In this document: positions 26,942 to 34,491 of the stretch, piece by piece
Layout of the letters: each line of letters opens with the position of its first letter
Position numbering within the stretch: the first letter of the stretch is position 1
DNA from: an uncultured Aminiphilus sp.
GTDB lineage: Bacteria; Synergistota; Synergistia; Synergistales; Aminiphilaceae
Assembly: GCA_963666395.2 (NCBI GenBank)
Contig: CAXXQU010000001.1
Location: 828,124 to 892,123, forward strand
Direction: 5' to 3'
Length of the DNA: 64,000 nt
Notes under the pieces: model-generated
Told to the model about the DNA's origin: nothing
Database searches by the model: none
What the model saw: the letters and a program-made list of their open reading frames with translations, nothing else
Translations under genes and position numbers: made by a program

Positions 26942-27306
26942 AACCTCAATTCTCTAACTAACAAGGCAGCTACCCCTAAAACAACACCAACAAAGCCGAG
27001 AGCAGTAAAACCATCCATCTCAACAAAAACTTCATCTTTTGCATGTTGCCTCATCGCGGTTTTATAGTGTTCTCCTGCAAAGAAAAGGCCCATACCACAG
27101 CCAAGGATAATCCCAAGTGGGTGCCATCGTGGCTGTAAAAAGCCATATTCAAATACGCCTCCCCATCCACACCAGGCTGCAACGTACATCCCGTAAATAA
27201 GCAATTTATTCGGTGGTTTCTGCAAAAGATACATCCCCCTATGTAAAAGCAAAAGTACCCAAAGTGTAACACCAACATCATTAAAAAGAAAGGTGATTGA
27301 CACCAT
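26938..27306 (-). CDS. Hypothetical membrane protein in an AT-rich segment (start uncertain)
   Basis: Hydrophobic segments VGVTLWVLLLL, IYGMYVAAWCGWGG, LGIILGCGMGLFFAG and ALGFVGVVLGVAALL. No good RBS precedes any candidate Met. The track ORF extends to 27420. Confidence 0.4.
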   Translation of the reverse strand: MVSITFLFNDVGVTLWVLLLLHRGMYLLQKPPNKLLIYGMYVAAWCGWGGVFEYGFLQPRWHPLGIILGCGMGLFFAGEHYKTAMRQHAKDEVFVEMDGFTALGFVGVVLGVAALLVRELRF

Positions 27307-27493
27307 GAAAGTCACATACATACAGCACATGGGCTCTGATAAATCCATTGTAAATACAGCGCGGATCAGTGTGGATGGTAAGGGGCCTGAAGTGCATGGA
27401 GAGCTTTCCGCTAAGGACAAGGCTCTTCTTCAGCGGATGGGATCCGGGGGAAGGAATGTAGTGGTTGTAAGGGCTGAAGAGCAAAGTGGATAA
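27305..27493 (+). pseudogene. thyX: N-terminal fragment of a thyX-like (FAD-dependent thymidylate synthase) gene
   Basis: MKVTYIQHMGSDKSIVNTARISVDGKG...DKALL aligns by eye with the ThyX N-terminus (e.g. Thermotoga [24 protein letters not shown]...DRHLI). The similarity ends after about 45 aa and the ORF stops at 66 aa. Confidence 0.55.
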
Positions 27494-27585
27494 TTCTCCA
27501 CTACCAGAGACCGCCAGCGTCTAAAGACCGCTGGGAATACTGGGTTTAGACGCTAAAAAAGAACGGAGAGAGATTTCGATAAACG

Positions 27586-27650
27586 TAAGGTTTTCAGTGA
27601 AACTCTTGCAAACACTGAGGAAGTACGGTTTATTAAGGATGAACGAACTA
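27586..27650 (+). pseudogene. Second, more diverged Bro-N N-terminal fragment (no start codon)
   Basis: 27615-27644 matches 26226-26255 of the intact gene at 27 of 30 nt (CTGAGGAAGTACGG.TT.TTAAGGATGA.C). It encodes ...EEVRFIKDE... Confidence 0.4.
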
Positions 27651-28018
27651 GCAGTCTGGCCATGGACTCTTTAGGCAGACTGCAATTTCGCGGAAGTCCC
27701 TTTTCCCCCTCCCGAGACCTCTTGAGGGAGGTGACCTCCACATCCTCTCAGGGTAAAGTGGGGGCCTTAGCGGGGCGCTATCGAGGCCCTTACTGGTGAC
27801 GGGGTGCGCTGGAGGCGGGCCTTGAGTGTAGCAGGGGCAGGGATAAGCCTATTTTCGACAGAAAAATGTGAGGGCCTTATCATACCCATTTGTGGAGCGC
27901 GAGTCCCCCATACCCCACCCCTTATCGTTTGGGGTGACATCCCGCTGGATCCGGGGCACGATGAACCTTCTCTTCCTCTTTGGGATGCTCCTCTTCGAGC
28001 ACTTCCTCCTTTACAAAG

Positions 28019-28053
28019 AAAAAACCCCTCCTCTGATTCCTTTAGAGGAAGGG
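28019..28053 (-). terminator. Rho-independent terminator downstream of the small recombinase gene
   Basis: The minus strand reads CCCTTCCTCT-AAAGGAATC-AGAGGAGGGG followed by TTTTTT. Confidence 0.6.
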
Positions 28054-28129
28054 CAACGGTGACAATGCTTGACGGTATAGATGGGAGGGGATGTCTTCTT
28101 CTCTGGATACGCTGAAGCCTACTCTCTCC

Positions 28130-28696
28130 TCAAAGATTCAAGGACAGGTAGACATCATCCATCTCCTCCTGAGTGATGCCTATGTACCGCAAGGTTACTG
28201 AAGGGGCCGAATGATTCAGTAGCTTCTGAATCATAGAAAGATCGTGACCACTCTTGTAAGCGTGGTAGGCGAATGTCTTCCTCAGGGTGTGAGTACCAAT
28301 CTTGTCCTTTATACCCACCAGTCGAGCGGCATCATTCAATATCCGGTAGGCTTGCTCCCTTCTTATGGACTCTGAACCCTTCCGGGAAGGAAAGAGGGGA
28401 GAGGATGTTTCGAGGGAAGAGCTGTCCAGATACTCCTTAACCGCCTTCCGCGCAGAGGGGCCGATAGGGAAATCTTTCGTTTTTCCCGTCTTCCCTTCCT
28501 TCAAGGTGAGGCGGTCCCGGATCTCTCCCCTTTCGGTGATGACATCCCCCACGCTCAGGCTTAAAAGATCCGATATCCTCAGCCCCGAGTTGATGCCAAG
28601 GACAAAGAGGGCATAATCTCTCAGGCGTTCGCTCCTGAGAACCTTCTTCATGGCCTCAATCTTGCTTTTGTCGCGTATGGGTTGGACGAAATCCAT
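28130..28696 (-). CDS. Small tyrosine recombinase (catalytic domain only, 188 aa)
   Basis: Catalytic residues in GLRISDLLSL (R), HTLRKTFA (HxxR) and LNHSAPSVTLRYI (H...Y). AAAGGAGG lies upstream of the ATG. Confidence 0.9.
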   Translation of the reverse strand: MDFVQPIRDKSKIEAMKKVLRSERLRDYALFVLGINSGLRISDLLSLSVGDVITERGEIRDRLTLKEGKTGKTKDFPIGPSARKAVKEYLDSSSLETSSPLFPSRKGSESIRREQAYRILNDAARLVGIKDKIGTHTLRKTFAYHAYKSGHDLSMIQKLLNHSAPSVTLRYIGITQEEMDDVYLSLNL

Positions 28697-28748
28697 TGTC
28701 TTTGAATGCCTCCTTTGGGCTGAGCTTGAATGACCTTTAACATATACA

Positions 28749-28777
28749 ATGATACGTTATGTTTCTTTCAAAATCAA
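28749..28777 (-). promoter_or_regulatory. Sigma-70-like promoter for the small recombinase
   Basis: The minus strand reads TTGATT, a 17-nt spacer, then TATCAT, about 50 nt upstream of the start codon. Confidence 0.45.
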
Positions 28778-29111
28778 GCCCTGAAATAGGCGGGGTGAGA
28801 AATAGCATCTCACTCCTTGCCATTACTGGGTCTCTGTAGTTTCCGCGAATGCAACAAAACTATATTATGTTGCATTGATGGAGAGAGGATTCCAAGAGGA
28901 ACAGAAGGGGGAGGGAATTTGTTGCCTTCCTTTTTAATTGATTATCTGTCGTTTTCTTGTAGGGTTTTCTCCTGAAGGGGGAAGTATAAGCCGAACCCAT
29001 ATTCTCAATACATCGCTGTTTTTGATTTTTGAAAAACAGAAAAAGAGCTTGCTTCTTGCAACAACTGAGAGTACACTAAGCATGTTTCATCCCACAAAGC
29101 CGGTAATAGCA

Positions 29112-29144
29112 GTGGGTTAAGCCGATTCCCACTCGCCTCCGCCA
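29112..29144. repeat. attR: displaced, non-functional copy of the tRNA-Sec 3' end
   Basis: GTGGGTT + AAGC + CGATTCCCACTCGCCTCCGCCA. The last 22 nt are identical to 21255-21276. Confidence 0.85.
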
Positions 29145-29160
29145 TTTTTCTGGAAAATGC

Positions 29161-29207
29161 AAGGAAGCCAAGAAACGTCGTTTCTTGGCTTCCTTATTTT
29201 GTTTTAC
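29161..29207. terminator. Bidirectional rho-independent terminator
   Basis: Perfect 17-nt arms AAGGAAGCCAAGAAACG / CGTTTCTTGGCTTCCTT (29161-29195). ATTTTGTTTT follows on the plus strand, and a short T-run (TTTT in GCATTTTCC) follows on the minus strand. Confidence 0.75.
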
Positions 29208-29233
29208 GTATTTCTATCTCTTTCGAAATGCCG

Positions 29234-29578
29234 CTACTTCTTGATAAAGAGGAGGAAGGGGAGAATTAAAAAGATACCCAGAGGTACGGAAATTCCCAGG
29301 TCACAGCCATTTCCTCCGCCTCCGGAAGTCGGGGATTCCTCGGAGACGAAGGAGTTGCCCCCAAGAAGGGCAACCTCCGCAGAAACCTTGCCTTCCTCCC
29401 TGTTGCCATCGTAGTTTCCCTGATCCTGAACGGAGAGATAGAGAGTATTCTCTTCGGTGCTACTCCGCTCCAGCCGGAGATCTCCTTCGAGGGTGGAGAA
29501 CTTTTGCTGATCCTGCTCCAGGGCGATGAGTTCGAAGCCCAGAGGCGTGGGGGGAGAGGTGGACATATCGTAGGTCAT
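29234..29578 (-). CDS. Small protein with a C-terminal sorting-signal-like tail (Synerg-CTERM / GlyGly-CTERM-like)
   Basis: 114 aa. The C-terminus is SGGGGNGC-DLGISVPLGIFLILPFLLFI-KK, that is, a Gly/Cys motif, a TM helix, then basic residues. There is no N-terminal signal peptide. Confidence 0.5.
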   Translation of the reverse strand: MTYDMSTSPPTPLGFELIALEQDQQKFSTLEGDLRLERSSTEENTLYLSVQDQGNYDGNREEGKVSAEVALLGGNSFVSEESPTSGGGGNGCDLGISVPLGIFLILPFLLFIKK

Positions 29579-29783
29579 GGCAAGAAGGAAAAAGAAGATT
29601 GTATATGTATTATTTCGAAATATGGGAAATCTATTACCATATTATATCACAGGTAATTTTGTTTGGTTCCTCGGAAAGAACCTCAGTTTTTCCGGAGACT
29701 CCAATATGGCCGATATTTCTGGTATCCTATGCTCTGGACAGACGAAAATGCGAAAAAATAATGGGAAGGGAAGCGAGAACGTG

Positions 29784-30746
29784 ATGAGGGCCATACCGTT
29801 TCACCAAATAGAAGGCATTCTCGTGGGGCATGAACAGGATTATCGGGGTTGTTCGGGGGTTTCCGTGGTGCTCTGCCCCGAAGGGGCTGTGGGAGGTGTG
29901 GATGTCCGGGGAGGGGCTCCTGGAACGAGGGAGACGGATTTACTGAATCCCGTCAACCTCGTGGAGAAGGTACACGGGATTTTTCTCGCTGGAGGAAGCG
30001 CCTTCGGTTTGGATGCGGGAGCCGGGGTTATGGCTTACCTGGAAGAACGAGGTTTTGGTTTCGATGTACAGGTGGCAAGGGTCCCCATCGTTTGCGGGGC
30101 GGTGCTTTTCGATCTCGCCTTTGGGGATCCCCGGGTACGGCCGGATAGGGAGATGGGATATAAAGCCTGCTGTAACGCGAACGATAGGGAAACCCGAGAG
30201 GGAAACGTGGGAGCCGGAACCGGGGCCACCCTGGGCAAGGTCTTCGGCATGGAGCGGGCCATGAAAAGCGGTCTTGGAGCCTACGCACTTCAGGTGGAGG
30301 GACTTCAGGTGGGGGCTTTCGTAGCGGTGAATCCTTTGGGGAATGTCCGGGATCCTCGAAGCGGAGAGTTTCTTGCGGGATGTTTGGACGAAGAAGGACG
30401 TACCATTCTGGATGCGGAGGAAGCTCTGATTTCCTGCTGGCATAAAAAGGGAAATCCCTTTACGGGCAATACCACTATCGGCATGGTGGTGACCAATGCG
30501 GCTTTTTCCAAAAGTCAGGTTGCCAAGCTTGCCTCCATGGCCCAGAACGGATATGCCCGTACCATTCGCCCCGCCCATACCATGTTCGACGGAGATACGG
30601 TTTTCGCTCTCTCCACGGGCTCTATCGAGGCGGATCTCAGCGTGGTGGGACTTCTTGCGGCTCGAGTGATGGAGGAAGCGGTTCTTCGAGGGGTACGGCA
30701 GGCGGAATTTCTGGGAGGTCTTAAAAGCTGGAGAGATTTGCAGTAA
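29784..30746 (+). CDS. P1-family (DmpA/S58) aminopeptidase
   Basis: 320 aa from ATG 29784. Has GGVDVRGGAPGTRETDLL and a GNTTIGMVVTNA self-processing-site motif. The track ORF from 29577 is an upstream extension. Confidence 0.88.
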   Translation: MRAIPFHQIEGILVGHEQDYRGCSGVSVVLCPEGAVGGVDVRGGAPGTRETDLLNPVNLVEKVHGIFLAGGSAFGLDAGAGVMAYLEERGFGFDVQVARVPIVCGAVLFDLAFGDPRVRPDREMGYKACCNANDRETREGNVGAGTGATLGKVFGMERAMKSGLGAYALQVEGLQVGAFVAVNPLGNVRDPRSGEFLAGCLDEEGRTILDAEEALISCWHKKGNPFTGNTTIGMVVTNAAFSKSQVAKLASMAQNGYARTIRPAHTMFDGDTVFALSTGSIEADLSVVGLLAARVMEEAVLRGVRQAEFLGGLKSWRDLQ

Positions 30747-30990
30747 TTCCTCCGAAGATGAGGGAATGCATAAGCGGAGGTTTCCATTACCTCTATCTCC
30801 ATACCTTGGGGCACATTCTTTTGACAAGCCGCTCCAATGAAAAAGGGGGGAGTTCCTTGGGGCGGGCGAAAGATTGATCGAAAAATTTCGAGGTTTTCCG
30901 CTGTCGAAAATATTGGAAAAGGGCATATTTTCAGGGTATAAAGGCTTTTTACGGGACATCCGTTTTGCTTGCGAAAAAAGGGATTTTTGG

Positions 30991-31020
30991 TTGACACTTT
31001 CTGTCGGATTAGTGTACTCT
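30991..31020 (+). promoter_or_regulatory. Possible sigma-70 promoter (TTGACA, 18-nt spacer, TACTCT)
   Basis: Consensus -35 at 30991-30996 and a 4/6 -10 at 31015-31020. It lies about 315 nt upstream of the first plausible ORF of the TRAP operon. Confidence 0.35.
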
Positions 31021-31334
31021 TTTCCGGTTGGCCTTGATACCAAACGTGCAAAACCACTTTTTCCTGGAAAAACCCTATTGTTGTTCTTATCGCTTTCCGC
31101 AGCAGATCTGTTATGCCCGATCTCTCTTCTCAGAAACGATTTCTGCCTTACGGAAAATAAGGAAGTGTTCTGTCTTCAAATTCCTTTCCCGAGAGTTGTA
31201 TTCCCGATAGGAAAGCTGGGGGACGGCTGTCGTGCCGTGCTTTTTTGCCGAAGCTCTACCTCCTTTTTACGACGGAGTTCTTTGAAATTCAAAGAATGCC
31301 CAAGAGCTTCACGAAAGGGAGGAGAAAAAGAAAT

Positions 31335-31457
31335 ATGAGAAAAAAGGAATTTCTTCTTTTTTCAGATGTCCTTGCCCTCGTTATTGTATATACTGTTTTT
31401 GGAATAAGTCTTGCCGATTTTTCCGAAAGTTTTTGTCGGAATGCTGGTGTGAGATAG
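31335..31457 (+). CDS. Possible 40-aa hydrophobic micro-protein
   Basis: GGGAGGAG lies 8 nt upstream of ATG 31335. The TAG stop abuts the ATG of the DUF1850 gene, which itself lacks an RBS. One hydrophobic segment (VLALVIVYTVFGISL). Confidence 0.3.
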   Translation: MRKKEFLLFSDVLALVIVYTVFGISLADFSESFCRNAGVR

Positions 31458-32009
31458 ATGATGCGGATGAAGAAAAAAAAACTCCAACGGTTTTTGCTCC
31501 CGGGATTTCTTCTTGCGGGGGCGGTGTATTTCTGTTTTGTCCCTTTTTCCGTGTTTGTGCTGAAGGAACGGGGCCAGAACGGAGCGGTCCTCCTTTCCGA
31601 AAACCTCGGACTTTCTCAGCCTCTGGTGACGCGATACATCCATTCGGTGGAGAAGACGCCGGTGGAGGACGAATACTACGCCTCGTCCGGGAAATTGTGG
31701 CAGTGGGAAGAGCGGGTGCGTTCCCACAATGCGGGGCTTCCCTTTTTGCAGCGTCCCCGAACTCGTTTTTTTCAGGACCCTTTCTGGATGCATTTCCGGG
31801 GGGGCGGGGTAGGATATTCCTCGATATGTCTGCGGATAGGTACCGAAGAATTCGGAAGAAATCAACTCGATCTTCCGGAAGTTTTTTCGTGGAATCTTTA
31901 CGCGCTTTTTCCGGGAAAATCCGTTATTTTGGAGGTTCGGGAGACTTCTCTTCTCCTGTTTTCTTTGCACTCTTTTTTCTTCCGGAAGCAGAGGGGTGAT
32001 GCTTTGTAG
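31458..32009 (+). CDS. DUF1850-domain protein (TAXI-TRAP accessory)
   Basis: 183 aa with an N-terminal TM and the core YIHSVEKTPVEDEY...HNAGLP characteristic of DUF1850. It sits upstream of the fused TRAP permease. Confidence 0.78.
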   Translation: MMRMKKKKLQRFLLPGFLLAGAVYFCFVPFSVFVLKERGQNGAVLLSENLGLSQPLVTRYIHSVEKTPVEDEYYASSGKLWQWEERVRSHNAGLPFLQRPRTRFFQDPFWMHFRGGGVGYSSICLRIGTEEFGRNQLDLPEVFSWNLYALFPGKSVILEVRETSLLLFSLHSFFFRKQRGDAL

Positions 32010-32133
32010 ATGTGGCGTGGAGGGTTTGAAGGCCTTTCCGTTGCGGAAAGTTGCGGAAACAGGAAAAGGTTCTTCACATGGAGGATAGTTTCTGTGGTTT
32101 TCAACGGAGCGAGATCTATGGTGGGGGGATATT

Positions 32134-34278
32134 ATGACTGAGGAAATGCGGAAAAACTATAAAGGACCGGAGGTGCAGCCCCAGGATGAGAGTCAGATCG
32201 ACCTTGATGAGTTGCGCCGCCAGTTCGATACGGAGGCCCGGTTCCGCCAGCTTGCAGGATGGGCCGCCAAGTTTGTGCTTCTTATCGCGGTGGGGCTTTC
32301 TCTCTTCCATCTCTACACTGCGGGGTTCGGCCTTTTAAATGCTCTGAAACAGCGATCGGTACACCTTTCTCTGGTGCTGGTACTGGTCTTTTTCCTGTAC
32401 CCCGGATTCAAGAAATCTCCCATGAACAAGATCCCCTGGTACGATTTCGTGCTTGCGGGAATCGCTTTTTACTGCGTTTTCTACCACGTGCTCTATTTTA
32501 ACGAGCTTATTATGCGCCCCGGTCTTCCCACTACCCAGGATCTCGTGGTGGGATTACTGGGAATAGCTCTTATTCTGGAGGCCACGAGACGGGTTTCCAA
32601 TCCGGTGCTTCCCGTTATTGCCATATGCTTTTTGCTTTACTGCTATTTCGGACGACATTTCCCGGGGCTTTTCGCTCATCGGGGATATACGGTGTCCCGG
32701 ATTATCAACCACATGTACATGGGCACCGAAGGCATTTTCGGAACCCCTCTGGCGGTTTCCTCTACCTTCGTGTTCATGTTCATTCTTTTCGGCACCTTCC
32801 TTGAGCAGACCGGGATGGGGCGGTTCATCATCGACCTCGCCATGGCCCTTGCGGGGCATTCCACGGGAGGCCCCGCCAAGGTGGCGGTGCTCAGCTCGGG
32901 GCTCATGGGCTCCATTTCCGGCTCTTCCGTGGCCAACGTCTGCACCACCGGAATGTTTACCATTCCTCTCATGAAAAGCGTGGGATATCGCCCGCACTTC
33001 GCGGGGGCCGTGGAAGCCGTGGCCTCCACGGGAGGGCAGATCATGCCTCCCGTTATGGGAGCGGCGGCCTTCATCATGGCTACCATGATGGAGGTTCCCT
33101 ATCTTCAGGTAGCGGCGGCGGCGGTCATTCCCGCCTTGCTTTACTATTTTGCGGTGCTGGTGCAGGTTCATTTCGAGGCTGCCCGACTTGGACTCAAGGG
33201 ACTTCCCCGGGAACGGCTGCCTTTGATCGTGCCTCTTCTCAAGCAGCGGGGGCATTTGCTGGTACCTCTCTTCGGGATTATCTACTTCCTCATTGCGGGG
33301 TATACCCCCCTCAAGGCTGCCTTTAACGGTATCGTTATCACTATCGTGGTGTCCTATCTCCGCAAGGAAACCAGGCTCACTCCGGCGAAGTTCATCGCCG
33401 CCCTGGACGGCGGAGCCCGGGGGGCTCTCGGCGTGGCTTGCGCCTGCGCCACCGTGGGCGTGGTGGTGGGAACCGCCACCCTTACGGGACTCGGGCTCTC
33501 CATCGCCAACGCTATCGTGAAGATCGCGGGAGGACTTATGCTTCCCACCCTGCTTCTTACCATGGTGGCCTGTATTCTGCTCGGCGCGGGACTTCCTACC
33601 ACGGCGAACTTCATCGTTACCAGCACCATGGCAGCTCCGGCGCTCTTCAAGCTAGGGGTTCCTCCCATGGCGGCCTATATGTTCGTGCTTTACTTCGGTA
33701 TCGCCGCGGATCTGAGCCCTCCCGTGGCCTTGGCGGCCTATGCGGGGGCGGGCATTGCCGGGGATGACCCCATGAAAACCGGTATGACTGCGGTAAAGTT
33801 GGCTCTGGCGGGCTTTTTGGTGCCCTATATCTACGTGTTCAATCCCATTCTCGTGCTGGTAGGCGTTTCTCTCAAGGGAGCCTTCCTGACAATTCTGGCG
33901 GTGATGGTCTTCGGGCTTGCGGCGCTGACGGCGATCAACAAGGAAAAATCCTCCCGGGCCCGTGCCATCGGGGCGGTTCTTGCGGGAGTGGCGATCCTTT
34001 GCGTGGGATGGCTCGTTTTTGCCAACATGGTTCCCTTCCGGTTCGCCATGGCCCTCATGACGGCTCTTATGGGAGTCTTCCTCCTGGGCATGAGCACCGT
34101 AGGCTTTTACAAGGTTCCCATGCCTCTCTGGCTTCGAGTCATCGCCATGGCGGGAGCTTTAGGGCTTCTGGTGCCTGGAGTGGTTTCGGATGCTACGGGA
34201 TTGGGGGTTCTCATTCTCCTGCATCTGGTACAAACTTTCCGAGAAAAGAAAGGCCTTACTCCTAAGCCTCAGGTCTAG
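32134..34278 (+). CDS. TRAP transporter fused permease (TAXI-type, DctQ-DctM fusion)
   Basis: 714 aa, polytopic, with characteristic segments GPAKVAVLSSGLMGSISGSSVANV and TGGQIMPPVMGAAAFIMA. Confidence 0.93.
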   Translation: MTEEMRKNYKGPEVQPQDESQIDLDELRRQFDTEARFRQLAGWAAKFVLLIAVGLSLFHLYTAGFGLLNALKQRSVHLSLVLVLVFFLYPGFKKSPMNKIPWYDFVLAGIAFYCVFYHVLYFNELIMRPGLPTTQDLVVGLLGIALILEATRRVSNPVLPVIAICFLLYCYFGRHFPGLFAHRGYTVSRIINHMYMGTEGIFGTPLAVSSTFVFMFILFGTFLEQTGMGRFIIDLAMALAGHSTGGPAKVAVLSSGLMGSISGSSVANVCTTGMFTIPLMKSVGYRPHFAGAVEAVASTGGQIMPPVMGAAAFIMATMMEVPYLQVAAAAVIPALLYYFAVLVQVHFEAARLGLKGLPRERLPLIVPLLKQRGHLLVPLFGIIYFLIAGYTPLKAAFNGIVITIVVSYLRKETRLTPAKFIAALDGGARGALGVACACATVGVVVGTATLTGLGLSIANAIVKIAGGLMLPTLLLTMVACILLGAGLPTTANFIVTSTMAAPALFKLGVPPMAAYMFVLYFGIAADLSPPVALAAYAGAGIAGDDPMKTGMTAVKLALAGFLVPYIYVFNPILVLVGVSLKGAFLTILAVMVFGLAALTAINKEKSSRARAIGAVLAGVAILCVGWLVFANMVPFRFAMALMTALMGVFLLGMSTVGFYKVPMPLWLRVIAMAGALGLLVPGVVSDATGLGVLILLHLVQTFREKKGLTPKPQV

Positions 34279-34361
34279 CACGGAATTTTTCACATTCGGG
34301 AACCGCATCGGAAGCTTTTTGCTGTTTTCGAAGAAAGCCATGGACTTTTCGTGTTTTTTGG

Positions 34362-34394
34362 GGGGAGAGGAATTTTCTCTCCCCTTCATTCTTT
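34362..34394 (+). terminator. Rho-independent terminator after the TRAP permease
   Basis: GGGGAGAG (34362-34369) pairs with CTCTCCCC (34377-34384), followed by a T-rich tract. Confidence 0.6.
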
Positions 34395-34431
34395 GAAATT
34401 TGCCATTTTGTACTATACTAGACGTACTTTT

Positions 34432-34484
34432 CTGCCGCTCCTCCTCTTATGGAGCGGCAGGGCTGTATTGATGAACTGGAGGAG
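34432..34484 (+). promoter_or_regulatory. ileS leader hairpin carrying an anti-SD sequence
   Basis: 10-bp stem CTGCCGCTCC / GGAGCGGCAG (34432-34460). CTCCTCC (34438-34444) is the exact complement of the ileS SD GGAGGAG (34478-34484). Confidence 0.4.
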
Positions 34485-34491
34485 ATAGAGC

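Larger units (their letters stand above)
21277..29144. mobile_element. Integrated genomic island (degraded integrative or prophage-like element) at tRNA-Sec
   Basis: The tRNA is followed by a direct repeat and an integrase, with a second direct repeat 7.9 kb downstream. The cargo is hypothetical or phage-like genes, gene fragments, AT-rich stretches and a second recombinase. Confidence 0.8.

Noticed and set aside
27804-28115. A 103-aa plus-strand ORF and the overlapping 64-aa ORF (27868..28062).
   Set aside because: There is no RBS and the composition is Pro/Arg/Leu-rich. They span the minus-strand terminator of the recombinase gene and have no recognisable motif.
30874-31338. A 154-aa ORF in the peptidase-TRAP intergenic region. 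I also considered whether 31020-31250 is a 6S, SRP, tmRNA or known riboswitch RNA.
   Set aside because: The ORF has no RBS and an implausible sequence. I could not find terminal complementarity (6S), the SRP GGAA motif context, a tRNA-like end (tmRNA) or any riboswitch core by eye. The region is kept only as an unexplained leader in the findings.
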